Assembly (NCBI RefSeq): GCF_006345805.1
Contig: NC_042997.1
Location: forward strand, 162,874,001 to 162,938,000
DNA length: 64,000 bases
Reading direction: 5' to 3'
Source: Octopus sinensis
Taxonomy: Eukaryota
This document shows, piece by piece, positions 24,968-37,158 of this stretch (position 1 is its first letter; every line of letters begins with the position of its first letter). A model generated the notes under the pieces. The model saw only the letters and a list, made by a program, of their open reading frames with translations. It had not been told where the DNA came from and searched no databases. The position numbers were made by a program, and so were the translations under genes.

Positions 24968-26320
24968 TTCACAGGAGAGTACGGGTTTTTTTTTTCTTTT
25001 TCACTCTTGGAAGTCACGTCGTTCGACGTTGAAATATTGAAAAATTGAAGCACGACAACAGATAAGGCGTTTGTTTTTTGGGAAGCTCAATGAGGTCTGT
25101 TGTTTGTATGTAATAATTTGTGTCGAACAAGGGTCTCCACTGGGTTCGAGATATTTGTCTGCCTGTGGTCTGCGAAAAGACTCACTGTGTAGTGAGAATT
25201 GTGTTTTTTGGGAGGCGTATACCTCCGGAAAAGTTATTGCGAAAATTGTCTTCTTTTGACTGTGTTCGTGCCCTGGATTTACCTTGGATTTACGGAGGCG
25301 GCCAGAGTTGGATGAAAGTAGAAAATTTTGTGCTGTAACGAATTATTAACGTTCACGTGGATTACTGGAGTAGCAAAATTGTGTGCCATTCGAACTCTCT
25401 TTCTATTGTGAATTATCTTCCTTCATTTTTTCTTCTCTTTTCTGTCATCCCGTCCTTTTTTTTTTTTTACTATCATTGACTTTATTATTGACTTCAGTTG
25501 AACATTTTTTGGACCTATTGTTTGCGAACTATTTGACCTCTTCTCTTCTTCCATAAAAATGGCAAAGAAAACTTTGGAATGGGAGATTAAACCACCAGAA
25601 AAGTGGTTGAAGGATTTCAACGAGAGGACCGTGGTGTTGAGAACCCATTGTAGGTCTCTCGACACCATTACCGTTTTCTCGCGCAATGATATTGAAAATG
25701 AGTTGGCAGGGTTCCTGTCAACTTTTAGGTTTATCCGTAGGGGTGCGAAGTACGCAACTGTGTGCGTGTTTTTCGACACCCCAGCGGTGGCGCAAAAATT
25801 CGTAAGCCAACTTTTGTTTCTCCCCACATACGGTGGGCAAAAACTGATAAGAGCTTGGGTGTATGGGCTGCTATAGAGCCCGAATGGATAGAGGATTCTA
25901 TCCGTCAGGGGCTGGGTGGCAGCACCGCCAAGCTTTTGAATATGAAAATTCTACCTGCGGCTGATTTGGTCGGGTCAAAAGCAATTTTGGCCCTATGGAC
26001 CCAATCAGCCAATGATCTGGTGTTACCAGGTTTCTTAACGATGGCCGGTTCCAGGTACCCGGTGATCCTTGAGGGACGCCCCCCCCCCCCAAGTGTCACC
26101 TGTGCCTGGAATGGGGTCATATAAAGAAAAACTGTCGTAGGGACCAGGCAAAGGTCCTGGAACAGTTAATTGTTGAGGAGACCCCCGCTCCCCCATTAGA
26201 GGGAGAGAGGAAGCAAGTCGAGGAGGTTACAAAAGGAAGAAAAAGAAAGTTGTGCAACAATGGTTGCCCACCGATGGATCCTGAGGCGACGGGAGGGAAG
26301 GAGGGACCTCCGGACAACTG
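24968..26320 (+). mobile_element. 5' UTR and frameshifted gag-like ORF1 of a non-LTR retrotransposon (L1/Tx1-like)
   Basis: ORFs 25559..25876 and 25762..26124 join by frameshift. After EGRPPP the sequence reads KCHLCLEWGHIKKNC, a Cx2Cx4Hx4C knuckle at ~26092-26137. No ORF2 is seen. Confidence 0.72.
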
Positions 26321-26704
26321 GAACTCAACTGGATGGCCAGAACGAGGTGCGTCTTTGAGGTCAACATTTCAATTTTTGAACTTGGCATACCAATCACGAG
26401 CGGTTCTTTTCAGCTTTTGTACCTTCTCCATATATAGCACAAATGTCGTGAGCGGCTTTTGCGGCCTTAGAACCTTGATTAAAAGCAAAAAGAAGGAGGT
26501 GCCGAAAATGTTCGTTTTTCTTAACTTGACATTCCATTTTAATGATCTGAAAATAAACAAAAATTAACTAAAATTAACTAGAAAAAAAAAAAGATTCCAA
26601 AATGATTCAAAAATAAAATTCTCGAATAAAATAGATTCCAAAATTTAAAAACTCAATAAATTCCCAAATTTAAAAAGACGGCGGGAACTTTGTTGCGAGC
26701 CCAA
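26320..26704 (-). mobile_element. Mariner 5' fragment (TIR + HTH region)
   Basis: Minus strand reads KRTARDWYAKFKN*NVDLKDAPRSGHPVEF. TIR TA-TTGGGCTCGCAACAAAGTTCCCGCCG lies at the right end. Confidence 0.8.
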
Positions 26705-27055
26705 TATATATATACGCACACACGAATATCCTCTACGTATCTACATAGCTACATACAAAATGAACGTATGTATGTACGTACGTACGTATGTATGTATGTA
26801 TGTATGTATGTATGTATGTATGTATGTATGTATGTATGTATGCATGCATATTTGTCGATAGGTAGGTAAGAAGTTAGTTAATTAGTTAGTTAGTTAGTTA
26901 GTTAGTTAGGTAGGTAGGTAGGTAGGTAGGTAGGTAGGTAAGCGTTTGTAAAACAAATAGGGGAAATAGAACTCAGTGCAAGAGTATGTATAGTTTTTCA
27001 ATCGGTAGAAAAGTTACAAAAGCGACTCAAACGCTAAGGGTTTAAGTGGCACGTA

Positions 27056-27927
27056 CGAGGTGGTATCAAAAGGTTCCAGGGCTAGTTATGTCTAATCGGA
27101 AATAACTTATTTACCTAAGTTTTAACACCTTCTTCTTCAAAATAGTCACTTTGCTCAGCAATACCCCGGTCCCAACGTTCCTGCCACTTTCGGAATCCGG
27201 CCTGGAGGTCGTTTTCCATAAGCAACTCAAAGACCTTCTGCGATTCGCTCTGGATCTCGACTACGATGTTAAAACGACGACCTTTGAGCTGCATTTTCAT
27301 TTTGGGGAAGAGAAGGACGTCTGCAAGTACTAAATCTGGAGAATAGGGCGGGTGCAGAAGCGACACCATGTTGGTTTGGCAAGAAGAATTCGGTGAAGAA
27401 TCCAATTCTTCGCGCTCTTCAGATCCGGTCGTTTTCATCAAACACCCTCCTCAAATGCTTCTAAACGTCGCTATAAAACTCTCGATTGATGGTATCGCCC
27501 TGGGGGACGAATTCGCAATGCACAATACTACATTTCGGTGGGTGACACTCGTAGCAGGTCATCCAGGTCACTCATCGTCTACCAGTAATGTTCATCCGCT
27601 TTTGAAGCGCCCATGCCACTCGAAACAGTGCGTACACCCTATTGCATCGCCGCCGTATAGTTGTTGAATCATAGCCCAGTGTCTCTGTAGAAAACTTGCC
27701 GAGTTTAACGCTAAATTTCATGTTGGCTCTTTCTTCCAGTCCAGGAAAAATCGCAGACTGCAGCATAAAACGTGATCACAAAAAGCACAAATTTCACAAC
27801 TTGCGAAGTAAACACAGCAATGTCACTCGGCACACTGCCTCATGAAGACCATTGGTAGCTTACACTACGCAGGCACCAGTGTGCTGTCATCTGCTGGCGC
27901 GCTACAGAACTTTTTGATACCAACTCG
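27056..27927 (-). mobile_element. Internally deleted mariner transposon (a different family)
   Basis: TIRs CGAGGTGGTATCAAAAAGGTTC / GAACTTTTTGATACCAACTCG with TA flanks. N-terminus EERANMKFSVKLGK; C-terminus HPPYSPDL..AD..LFPKMK..LKGRRF..WQERW. Confidence 0.9.
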
Positions 27928-28064
27928 TATGAAACTCTCATCCTATGAGTCACATTGTGATTTTCTGCTGATTACGCAGGCACACACACACACGCGCAAC
28001 ACACACACACACACACACAACACACACACACCACACACACACACACACATACTCATGAGTGTGT

Positions 28065-28345
28065 GTGAAGGTGCATGGCTAAGTGGTTAGAGTGTCGGGC
28101 TCACAATCATGAGGTAGTGGGTTCGATTCCCGAACTGGGCTGTGTGTGTTGTGTTCTTGAGCAAGGCACTTTATTTCACGTTGCTCCAATTCACTCAGTT
28201 GTAGAAATGAGTTGCGACGTCACTGGTGCCAAGCTGTATCGGCCTTTGGCTTTCCTTTGGATAACATTAGTGCCGTGGAGAAGGGAGGCTGGTATACATG
28301 GATGACTGCTGGTTTTCCATAAACAATCTTGCCTGGACTTGTGCC
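28065..28345 (+). mobile_element. tRNA-derived SINE related to family C
   Basis: A box TGGCTAAGTGG and B box GGTTCGATTCC, then TTGAGCAAGGCACTT..TTGCTCCA..TCACTCAG as in 19130 and 39105-39400. Confidence 0.7.
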
Positions 28346-28498
28346 TCGGAGTAGATACACAGCCGACAACTGATGAAGGGTCGTTCTTTGTGTTACTTGT
28401 CCAATTTTTTCTCTCGTTGTTTGCGTATTTAACTCGCTTGTTTTCGTATTTCATGTTGTTTACAGTTTGTGACGTATTGTACCCATATACGCATATAC

Positions 28499-28608
28499 AG
28501 AATATTCCCCTTCATCAGTTGTCTCTGTTTCATCTACTCCGAATTTCGAAGGCAGGCTCGAAACGCGGAGTAGGTGAAACAGGGACAACTGATAAAGGGG
28601 AATATTCT
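28499..28608. repeat. 110-bp palindrome formed by head-to-head copies of a short repeat
   Basis: AATATTCCCCTTCATCAGTTGTC..TTTCGA and TCGAAA..GACAACTGATAAAGGGGAATATT are reverse complements. The same family occurs at 28362, 55965-56085 (+) and 56400-56560 (-). Confidence 0.85.
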
Positions 28609-29176
28609 TTATCTTGTATGTCTCGTTTCTCTGTTCGTTTTTTTTTCCGTTGTTCGAAAAAAAGTGCATTTTCTATGTTTTTGTTTTTATGTTTTCGTTT
28701 CTCATTGTGTTCAATGTTTTTTTGATGTCCTGTGCCCATATATGCATGTATATATTCATATATATGTAGGTATGTACATATATGTATGTATATATGAATA
28801 TTTTTATATGTATTTATATATATATATATCCTCCTTCTTTCTTTCCTTTCCTGAGCGTCCAATAACACTATGCTTGATCCACGTCCTCGCGTTGTTGTGT
28901 TTTCTCTTTGTATTTCCATGTTTGGATTAACTATATATATATATAAATTCAACAACAATTGAGGAATGGCCTTAATAGGCCATTCGACCCACTAGAAAGA
29001 GCAGCCAGGACTCAAACCGCCAAGTAGTAGTAATTCAGAAATTAAAAGAAAATTTAAAAACATTTACCCTAATTCATCTTTAGACAATGCATTGTTTCGG
29101 TGTTTTTAATGGCAAACCAGCTTAATTAAATTAAATTAAGTCAATCTACCAAAGGCTACACCTCATTGGTAAAGAG

Positions 29177-29217
<41 letters not shown>

Positions 29218-29971
29218 GTATGTATATTATAAGTAAGTTTTGGTGAGTCATCCTGGACTGCTGAGCTCTATAGGCTTTTTTTCATTATCTCCCTGTTTTT
29301 ATCCTCTTATTCCTCTCTGTTCAAGAACGTGGGCTCGAAACGTAAAAGACTTCTTCATTTTTCCCGAGCGCCAAACTAATACACTTGCTTGTTGTTCATA
29401 CATCTGTCTTCGTCTTTTGTTTTTCTATAAATTTCAACGATATATCAATTGATTTCTCTAATCATTTCAATGATGTTTCATTATCTTCCAGTGTTTTACT
29501 TCAGTTTGGGAGAATAAGGTTCCTTAAGTTCATTCACGTTTCACACACACACACACAAACACACACACAAACACACACACACACACGCACGCATACTATA
29601 CAGAGTTAGACATACGCAGTTACACTCGCAATTAATCACGCACACATACCCCCTCTCTCTCACTCTCCCCTCTCCCCTCTCTCTCTCTCTATTATATATA
29701 GAGAGAGAGAGAGAGGCAGAACCACTGAGGGATAGGAGAGGCAGTCGCTGTATGCGAACTTCTTAAAATTTATTGCTTAAATGTAATGTAATACTATCAC
29801 ACATAAACAGACATATATATATAGGTACATATCTATGTATATATCTATGTGTGTGTGTATGTATATATATATGTGTATATATATTCTTTTATGTATACAT
29901 ATATATATACATATATATATACATACATATATACAATATATATATTTATATTATGTATATATGCATACTGT

Positions 29972-30006
<35 letters not shown>

Positions 30007-30623
30007 CATACATACATGCATACATCCATACATACATAAATAGTTGAACATGTGAGTGAATATGAATATTTCTGTGTACGTATATAAATGTATAAATATA
30101 TGTGTGCGTGTGTGTGTGTGTGTGTGTGCGTGCGTGTGTGCGTGTGTGTGTATGTATATATACACACGCATACATATCTACTAACATACGTACCTTACAA
30201 GCATTCGCAGAAATGCAAGGCTCTATGTCCAGCCACGTGGTTCCGTGTTCGTACTCGTAGCGCATAGCATTTGTCGTTAGATAATATAGCCACAGATAGA
30301 CTTTGAAATCTATGCTAAGTTAATCCTGTGTGTGTGTGTGTGTGTGTGCGTGTGTATGTTGTTTGTGTGTGTGTGTTTGTTTTTGCATGTAGGTATATTC
30401 CTATCAGCCTGTGTTCCTCCTTGTTTACTCGAGTAAACCGGCATTGCTATTCCTTTGTGACAAAGCGTAACTTAGCGATTCAACAACTAACTAGAAATCG
30501 ATAGAACACGTACTGCTTGGACGCAGTCCAATGCAAAAATTAAAGAACCGATAGAAAAAAATGAAGATAAATATTTTTCGTTTTCTGTGTTTATAGAATC
30601 ACATACTTACCTCTGCATATATA

Positions 30624-30682
<59 letters not shown>

Positions 30683-30713
30683 ATTATTATATGTATGTAG
30701 TATGTTTATATAT

Positions 30714-30745
<32 letters not shown>

Positions 30746-31471
30746 GTATGTATGTATGTATGCATGTATGCATGTACATATATATACATATAAATTTATA
30801 TATGCGTGTGTGTATGTGTATATATATCTATATATATGTATGTATGTATGCATATACATATACATACATATAAATTTATGTGTGTGCGTGTGTGTGTATT
30901 CTATTAATATTTGTTGTCCAATCAACAGTTTACAAATTAAAACTTGTCACCTGGAAGAAGGAAGACGGACAGGTGTGGTACTTTGTCGCTTGCTTCTATG
31001 CTACGAGTTTTGTAAATATGAATAACAAGGCCGGCTGTTCAAAGAAGTAGGCGTGGCTCTAGACTACCTCTCGCTCTTTTCATTGGTCCGTTTGCATAAA
31101 GCTGTCAGACGGCTGCTGCTGCTTGCTCTTCGCTTATATTTCTTCTATATTTTACCTATATTCGCCTTTCTTGGCCTTTCTTGAGTATTTTGTTGTCGTA
31201 TATGCTTATTGATGTTGCTGTTGCTGTTGGTCTTGTTGTTGTTATTGTTGATGCTGTTGATGGTTGTGATGGTGGTTGTGGTGCTGGTGGTGTCGGTGTA
31301 AAATCAGAACTATTATAATCATTTCAGGCAAGACAGAATTTCAGAACTGATGGATCTTGGGAAAAATAGGCGTGGCTAAGCAAAACTGTAAACTATAGTA
31401 CAGAAATGCCTGCTTATAGTGAAAGAACATTGATGATGATGATGTTGATGATGATGATGATGATGATGCTA

Positions 31472-31509
<38 letters not shown>

Positions 31510-31655
31510 GACACGGCGGCGGAGGTGACGGAGGCAGTGGAGGCGGCGGTAGAGAAGGCGGCGGCAGAGGAGGCGCGGCAGCGGAGACGGCGGCAGCGGA
31601 GGTGGTTGTGGTGATGATGGTGGTGGTGCTGCTGTATTATTATTATTATTATTAT

Positions 31656-31706
<51 letters not shown>

Positions 31707-32415
31707 CAGTAGTACTGGTGGTGGAGGTGGAGGTGGTGATTGTAGTAGTAGCAGTAGTAATAATAGTAGTAGTACTACCAGCAGCAGTAGTAGTAAAGAG
31801 CTTTTTTTTTGGCCCGAATTTCCACGGAACTGAAACGAGTTTCAGAACGAAGATGAATGGTAAACGGTGAAATGTGGCTGAAAAAGGCACCAGCCAGTTT
31901 TTGGAGTTCTGGTCAATTTGAACACTGCTTTATAATAAATCACAAAGTTTCACTACGTTTCTCTATCCATCTTTCTCTTTACCCCTCCCCCCACCACACA
32001 CACATTCACTCTGTCTATCGTTTTCTCTCTCTCTCTCACACACACACACACTCTCTCTCTCTCTCTCGCTCTCTCTCTTTATCTCTCACTCCCATTAAAT
32101 ATTTGGAGCAAATTCACACAAAGTACAGTTGTAAATATATATATGGAATGAGTTTATCACAGGAAGGACCTAAAATATGGAGAGAAGTCTTTAGGAATTC
32201 TATGTAGCATCCAAGACCACGTTCTACATTATTATTTTTCCCCCCTCTCTTAATAAACTCACTTGCATTTCATAGTCCGGAGTACGCTGTAAAAATGCAA
32301 AAATAAAAAGATGGTGTTGTCTTGACTGGAACGCCTTCAGTCATAGACAGGTCCATGCAATTGAGCTAAATAACAACTAGAACCTTGGCAGTAATTACTT
32401 TAGCGCATACATACA

Positions 32416-32447
<32 letters not shown>

Positions 32448-32654
32448 AAGGCGTAGGAGTGGCTGTGTGGTAAGTAGCTTGCTTACCAACCACATGGCTC
32501 CGGGTTCATTCCCACTGCGTGGCACCTTGGGCAAGTCTCATCTACTATAGCCTTGGACCGACCAAAGCCTTGTGAGTGGATTTGGAAAAAAGACAACAAA
32601 ATCATATTTGCCTATAAAACACATAAACACACAAACACACAAACACACATACAC

Positions 32655-32696
<42 letters not shown>

Positions 32697-32719
32697 ACAT
32701 CTATGTGGTCTGTAAACAA

Positions 32720-33210
32720 TTAGTTGATGAAGTGCAGAATAGACAACACTACAGATAGCGACAAATGCAGAATGTGTGCTGAGAGGGGTGAAATGTTATG
32801 GCACAACGTTAGCGAATGCCCGAAATTGGCACAATGCGAAGACAAAAGACGCCATGAGAATGTGACAAGAATGGTCCATTGGGAGTCACTGAAAATAAAA
32901 CTTGTAAAATCCCATGGAATGCAAAGATCCTGTACGATCACCTGACCAGATATCGGAAACCGGACATTGCTGTGGTGAATAAAAAAGAAATAACGTGTGA
33001 TGATCGACATAGCATGCCACGGTAACAACAGGATCCATGAGAAAGAAGAAAAAATAAACAACTATGACGATTTAAAGTGGAGAAATACGAAGATTGTGGT
33101 CAATGAAGAGAGTAGACGTGATACCAATAGTAATTGGTGCACTCAACTACCAACATGGCTGAAAAAGAGCGGTGCAAGTGTGAAAGTAGAACACCTTCAA
33201 AAATCAGCAT
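32720..33210 (+). mobile_element. Degenerate RLE non-LTR retrotransposon fragment (R4/Dong-like)
   Basis: CRMCAERGEMLWHNVSECPKLAQ..KRRHENV..VHW, followed by RKPDIAVV..MIDIAC..EKINNYDDL. Confidence 0.82.
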
Positions 33211-33224
33211 TGAAGATTAAGTGG

Positions 33225-33440
33225 ATTCTTCTGACGAACTCTTCTCTTTAGTTTTGTCCACCTTTGCTCGATGATATTTTAGTTAGGGCTTCTAGCTGGC
33301 CAAACTTTCAATATGATAACACCTTCATTAGCCAGACTCTGTTGTGTTGCACGCGATCTGTGGCACGGAGCTCCGTCATGCTGAAAAAGCTCACCTTCAT
33401 CCAAGTCTGGTATCAAATTCTTCTTCAGCAACTGGATGTA
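33225..33440 (-). mobile_element. Tc1 transposase DDE fragment
   Basis: Minus strand reads YIQLLKKNLIPDLDEGELFQHDGAPCHRSRAT..WPARSPN*NIIEQRWTKLK. Confidence 0.82.
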
Positions 33441-33668
33441 TTTAGCACTAGTTACAGTTAATTAGTTACAGAAAAATTTTAACCAACTTTCCTGAACCAT
33501 CAATTTTTAGGTATCCCTAAAGCATCAGACTCTTACCCCCAAACTGCAAGAATTCTTCGTAGGGTTCTCGAAGCATGACCAGTAAAACAAGTATCACCTT
33601 AGTCTGCAGGCTGTAGACAGCTGACACTTTCTACCATATCCAGCACTATAAGCTGTGAGTTTTAATAC

Positions 33669-33706
<38 letters not shown>

Positions 33707-33870
33707 TAATAATAATAATAATGATAATAATGTGGAGGCACATGGCCTAATGGTTAGAGTAGCAGACTCGCGGTCGAGGGATCGTGGGTTCGAATCTCAG
33801 ACCCGGTGATGTGTGTGTTTATGAGCGAAACACCCAAGCTTCGACATTATGTAAATAGAGGAATTTATCG

Positions 33871-34068
33871 GTAATATAATATGTGACAATTATTCGGTTG
33901 TCATAATAAGACTCCGAGTTGCGGATGTCGGGGCCGAAACCTGCTCCAGCATCACGTCAGTTATGATTGCCTCGTTAACTGACGAGATGCCGGAGCAGGT
34001 TTCCGCACCGACATCCGAAACTCGGAGTCTTATAATAGCAACCGAATAATTGTCACATATTATATTAC
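33871..34068. repeat. ~200-bp palindrome with a hammerhead-like motif in each arm
   Basis: Outer arms GTAATATAATATGTGACAATTATTCGGTTG / CAACCGAATAATTGTCACATATTATATTAC are perfect reverse complements. Plus arm: TAA CTGACGA(33979-33985) GATGCCGG..CCGACATC C GAAA(34017-34020) CTCGGAG TC TTA. Confidence 0.85.
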
Positions 34069-34397
34069 ATATATGTGTGGGTGTGTGTGTGCATAACATT
34101 TTTCTGCCTACTTAATGATCTTTGCAACCATTTGTCCAGGTTCAGTCCCACTCTGTGGCACCTATAGTCTCGGGCCGACCAAAGCCTTGTGAGTGGATTT
34201 GGTAGACGGAAACTGAAAAGAAGCCAGTCGTATATATATATAGCGGTTCGGCAAAAGAGACTGATAGAATAAGTATTAGGCTAACAAAGAATAAGTCCTA
34301 TGAGCGATTTCTTCGACTAAAAGGCAGTGCTCCAGCATGGCCACAGTCAAATGATTGAAACAAATGAAAGAATAAAAGAATAAACCAAGAGAATATC

Positions 34398-36000
34398 TTT
34401 TGCAAGGAATTTACTAATAAAATTTTATATATAAAAAAAAAGAACTGAAAATAAATTTATTCAATAATTATTTCTCGCTTTGCAGATCGTATTAGAGACC
34501 TCAGCATTTTTCTGTAAGAGGTCCTACAGTGTTCTGCTGTTATTTCCCCAAACTTATCTTCAATAAGTGCCCTAAACCCTACTTCATTTATAGCACCTCT
34601 CCTTATCACCAAATTCTTCCAGAGAAAATATTCTCTATTGTCTTGAAAAAAGGGGAATATGGTGGAATATACCTAATGTTATAGGTAACTACTTCCAAAT
34701 CTTCAGACAAGCCCTGTAGTGGTGAATGCTGGCGTTATCCATAATAAATACTGGATTTCTTATGCCTTTTTCCAAACAAGCTGTCTTTAACTCTTGGAGA
34801 GATCTCCTAAAATCTTCACCATTTACTGCTCTCTCATGGATTTTATGGTATACCATACCATATATATTCATGGCCAGAAATGTTTAAACTTAGCGCAGCA
34901 GGTACAGATACATATGCTGATTGTCCACACCTATTACAACGTCTGTTATCATTATCCGCTTCAAGATTCCAATAAGCAGTGGCATATGTCTTCCTGAGTT
35001 CAATTGTGCTTCGCGCAGGAACCAGCGTGACCCTTTTAAAAGTATAAATGAAACTGACGAAGGTTTCTATCAAGACTACTTATTGATACCCGAATGCCGA
35101 ACATCTCCAAGACCCAGTTAGATTACGATTTTTAGAGTGCTAGTACAATTTTGGTCTATATTGGCGAGCAATTGCACTTTAACCTCTGAACTAAGTTTAG
35201 AACGCCTATCGCCTCCGCACTTCAAAGGGAATTTGGCACCAATTTTCAGGTATCATTTTACAATACTGCTAACACTTTGGTACTCTCTTCCATACATAGA
35301 AGCTATATTGGAAACTGAATAGCCTTCCAATGTTTTGCCACAATCCTCTCTCTGTCATCATTGGAAACTGGTGTTCTCTTCCGATTCTGGGCTCTGTTAA
35401 AGATATTGGATTTTCATTCACATCGGCAGGATCATCGGCATTGATAGCAGCAGGATCATCGCTAGTCATAGCAGTAGAATCACTCCCATTTTTTAAAGCT
35501 TGTTCATTTTCTCCGTTTCGTTTAATTTCATAGACTATTGAAATTTAAAAAAATTTAATTAGTTTAGTTTTGAAAGAAGCCTAGGATGTTTTGATCGAAT
35601 ATATTTCGAACATTTTTTCAAATTTAGAATTTCATTCAACAGTAACTAGCTTGTGCTATAAATTGTACAAAAGTGTATATTTAAAATATTTCTAATTTTT
35701 ATTATTAAATTGCTTGCAAAGATTATTAAATTGCATGCAAAGATTATTAAATTGCATTTAAAGATTATTAAAAGCTTGCAAAGATTATTAAATTGCATGC
35801 AAGATTATTTAATTGCTTGCAAAAATTATTAAATTGCTTGCAAAGATTATTAAATTGCTTGCAAAGATTATTAAATTCCTTGCAAAGATTATTAAATTGC
35901 TTGCAAAGATTATTAAATTGCTAGCAAAGATTATTAAATTGCATGCAACGATTATTTAGATGGCTGCAAAGATTATTTATTTGGTTGCAAAGATTATTAA
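34398..36000 (-). mobile_element. Degenerate IS630/Tc1-superfamily transposon with tandem-repeat termini
   Basis: Minus strand has FIMDNASIHH (ORF 34689..34871) and a Y.PPYSPFFKTIE-like motif near 34635-34675. A 21-bp array lies at the right end and one inverted unit at the left end. Confidence 0.75.
35701..36000. repeat. Minisatellite: 14 copies of the 21-bp unit ATTATTAAATTGCTTGCAAAG
   Basis: Counted directly. The unit core TTGC(A/T)TGCAA is palindromic or nearly so. Confidence 0.93.
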
Positions 36001-36186
36001 GTAGGTAGAAATATCCTATATTATTATTCTTGCATTTATTTATAGACTGCATTTTGACAACAGATCAGTAACGGCCGTAAGATATGTTACGTCACCTATT
36101 TTGTTATGTCATGCTTTGTATTAAAATATAAGCTACAAATGTGGTCGAATCGATGTGTTTGTTAATCAGTGGTTTTCTCCATTTTC

Positions 36187-36236
<50 letters not shown>

Positions 36237-36388
36237 AATTAAGGACTGAACACGAAAAGTGGACAGTCAACATGCTAGATATTAGACGTCAAATCGCCAT
36301 TCACCACAAAAGATTATGTTCTCAGATCAAACTCAACACAAAACCATAGCAATAAACAAGTGAAAAATATACGAAAAAAATAATTACC

Positions 36389-36450
36389 CATGTACTAAAT
36401 TAGTTTCAGCTGTTATTTTCCGCAAGGAAAACTGCAGCATCATCAGCATG
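36389..36450 (-). ncRNA. Type-I hammerhead ribozyme motif
   Basis: Minus strand: CATG CTGATGA T-GCTG-CAG-TTTTCC-TTGC-GGAAAA-TAA-CAGC-T GAAA CTA-ATT-TAG TA CATG. GUA cleavage triplet; U-U at the base of stem II. Confidence 0.72.
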
Positions 36451-36569
36451 TTCTTTATATGTAATTTATAAATATTTTAATCTTCGGATTCTTTTTAATA
36501 TGCTAGACCACTGGTCTTAATTGATAAATATCAATTTCTACCCTTAATTAATTTTATATATTATATATA

Positions 36570-36830
36570 TTTAGCTAACTCTCCATAAAAGAGTTGTTTT
36601 GGCATCCTTGAATCCTTCGTTCTGACCAGATGACCACTCCATCTGAGCCTTTGCTTTAACACAAGAGCTTCTATACTTTCACACCGAGAGCCTTCCAGTA
36701 TTTCAAGATCACTGATGCGGTCCTTCCACTTAATGCCATAGATCCGTCTGAGGCACATCTGATGGAAACGTTCCAGTTGTTTAAGGTGGTACCGATACGT
36801 GACCCACGTCTCGCAGGCATAAAGAAGATA
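36570..36830 (-). mobile_element. RTE (BovB-like) LINE fragment
   Basis: LLYACETWVTYRYHLKQLERFHQMCLRRIYGIKWKDRISDLEIL..RLRWSGHLVR..DSRMPKQLFYGEL. Confidence 0.9.
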
Positions 36831-37106
36831 ATAATAATATATATATATACATATGCATGTATATATATGTATATATATATATACATGCATCTGGCTTCGT
36901 CTTTTGTTTATTTCCGTAAACCTGCCTTCGTCTTTTGTCTATTTTCATAAAGCTCCCGTTATATATGTATATATATATATTATATATACACATGTATATG
37001 TATATATAGTATATATGTTATATATTAACATATATACATATATATGTATATGTATTATATATATATATATGTATGTATATATATAGTATATATATGTATA
37101 TATAAT

Positions 37107-37158
<52 letters not shown>

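Noticed and set aside
31414-31890. 158-aa Thr/Asn/Pro-rich ORF as a host exon
   Set aside because: Built from trinucleotide repeats, with no domain or splice evidence.
35701-36000. 21-bp repeats with a palindromic core as a CRISPR array
   Set aside because: The units are contiguous with no spacers, in a eukaryotic transposon context.
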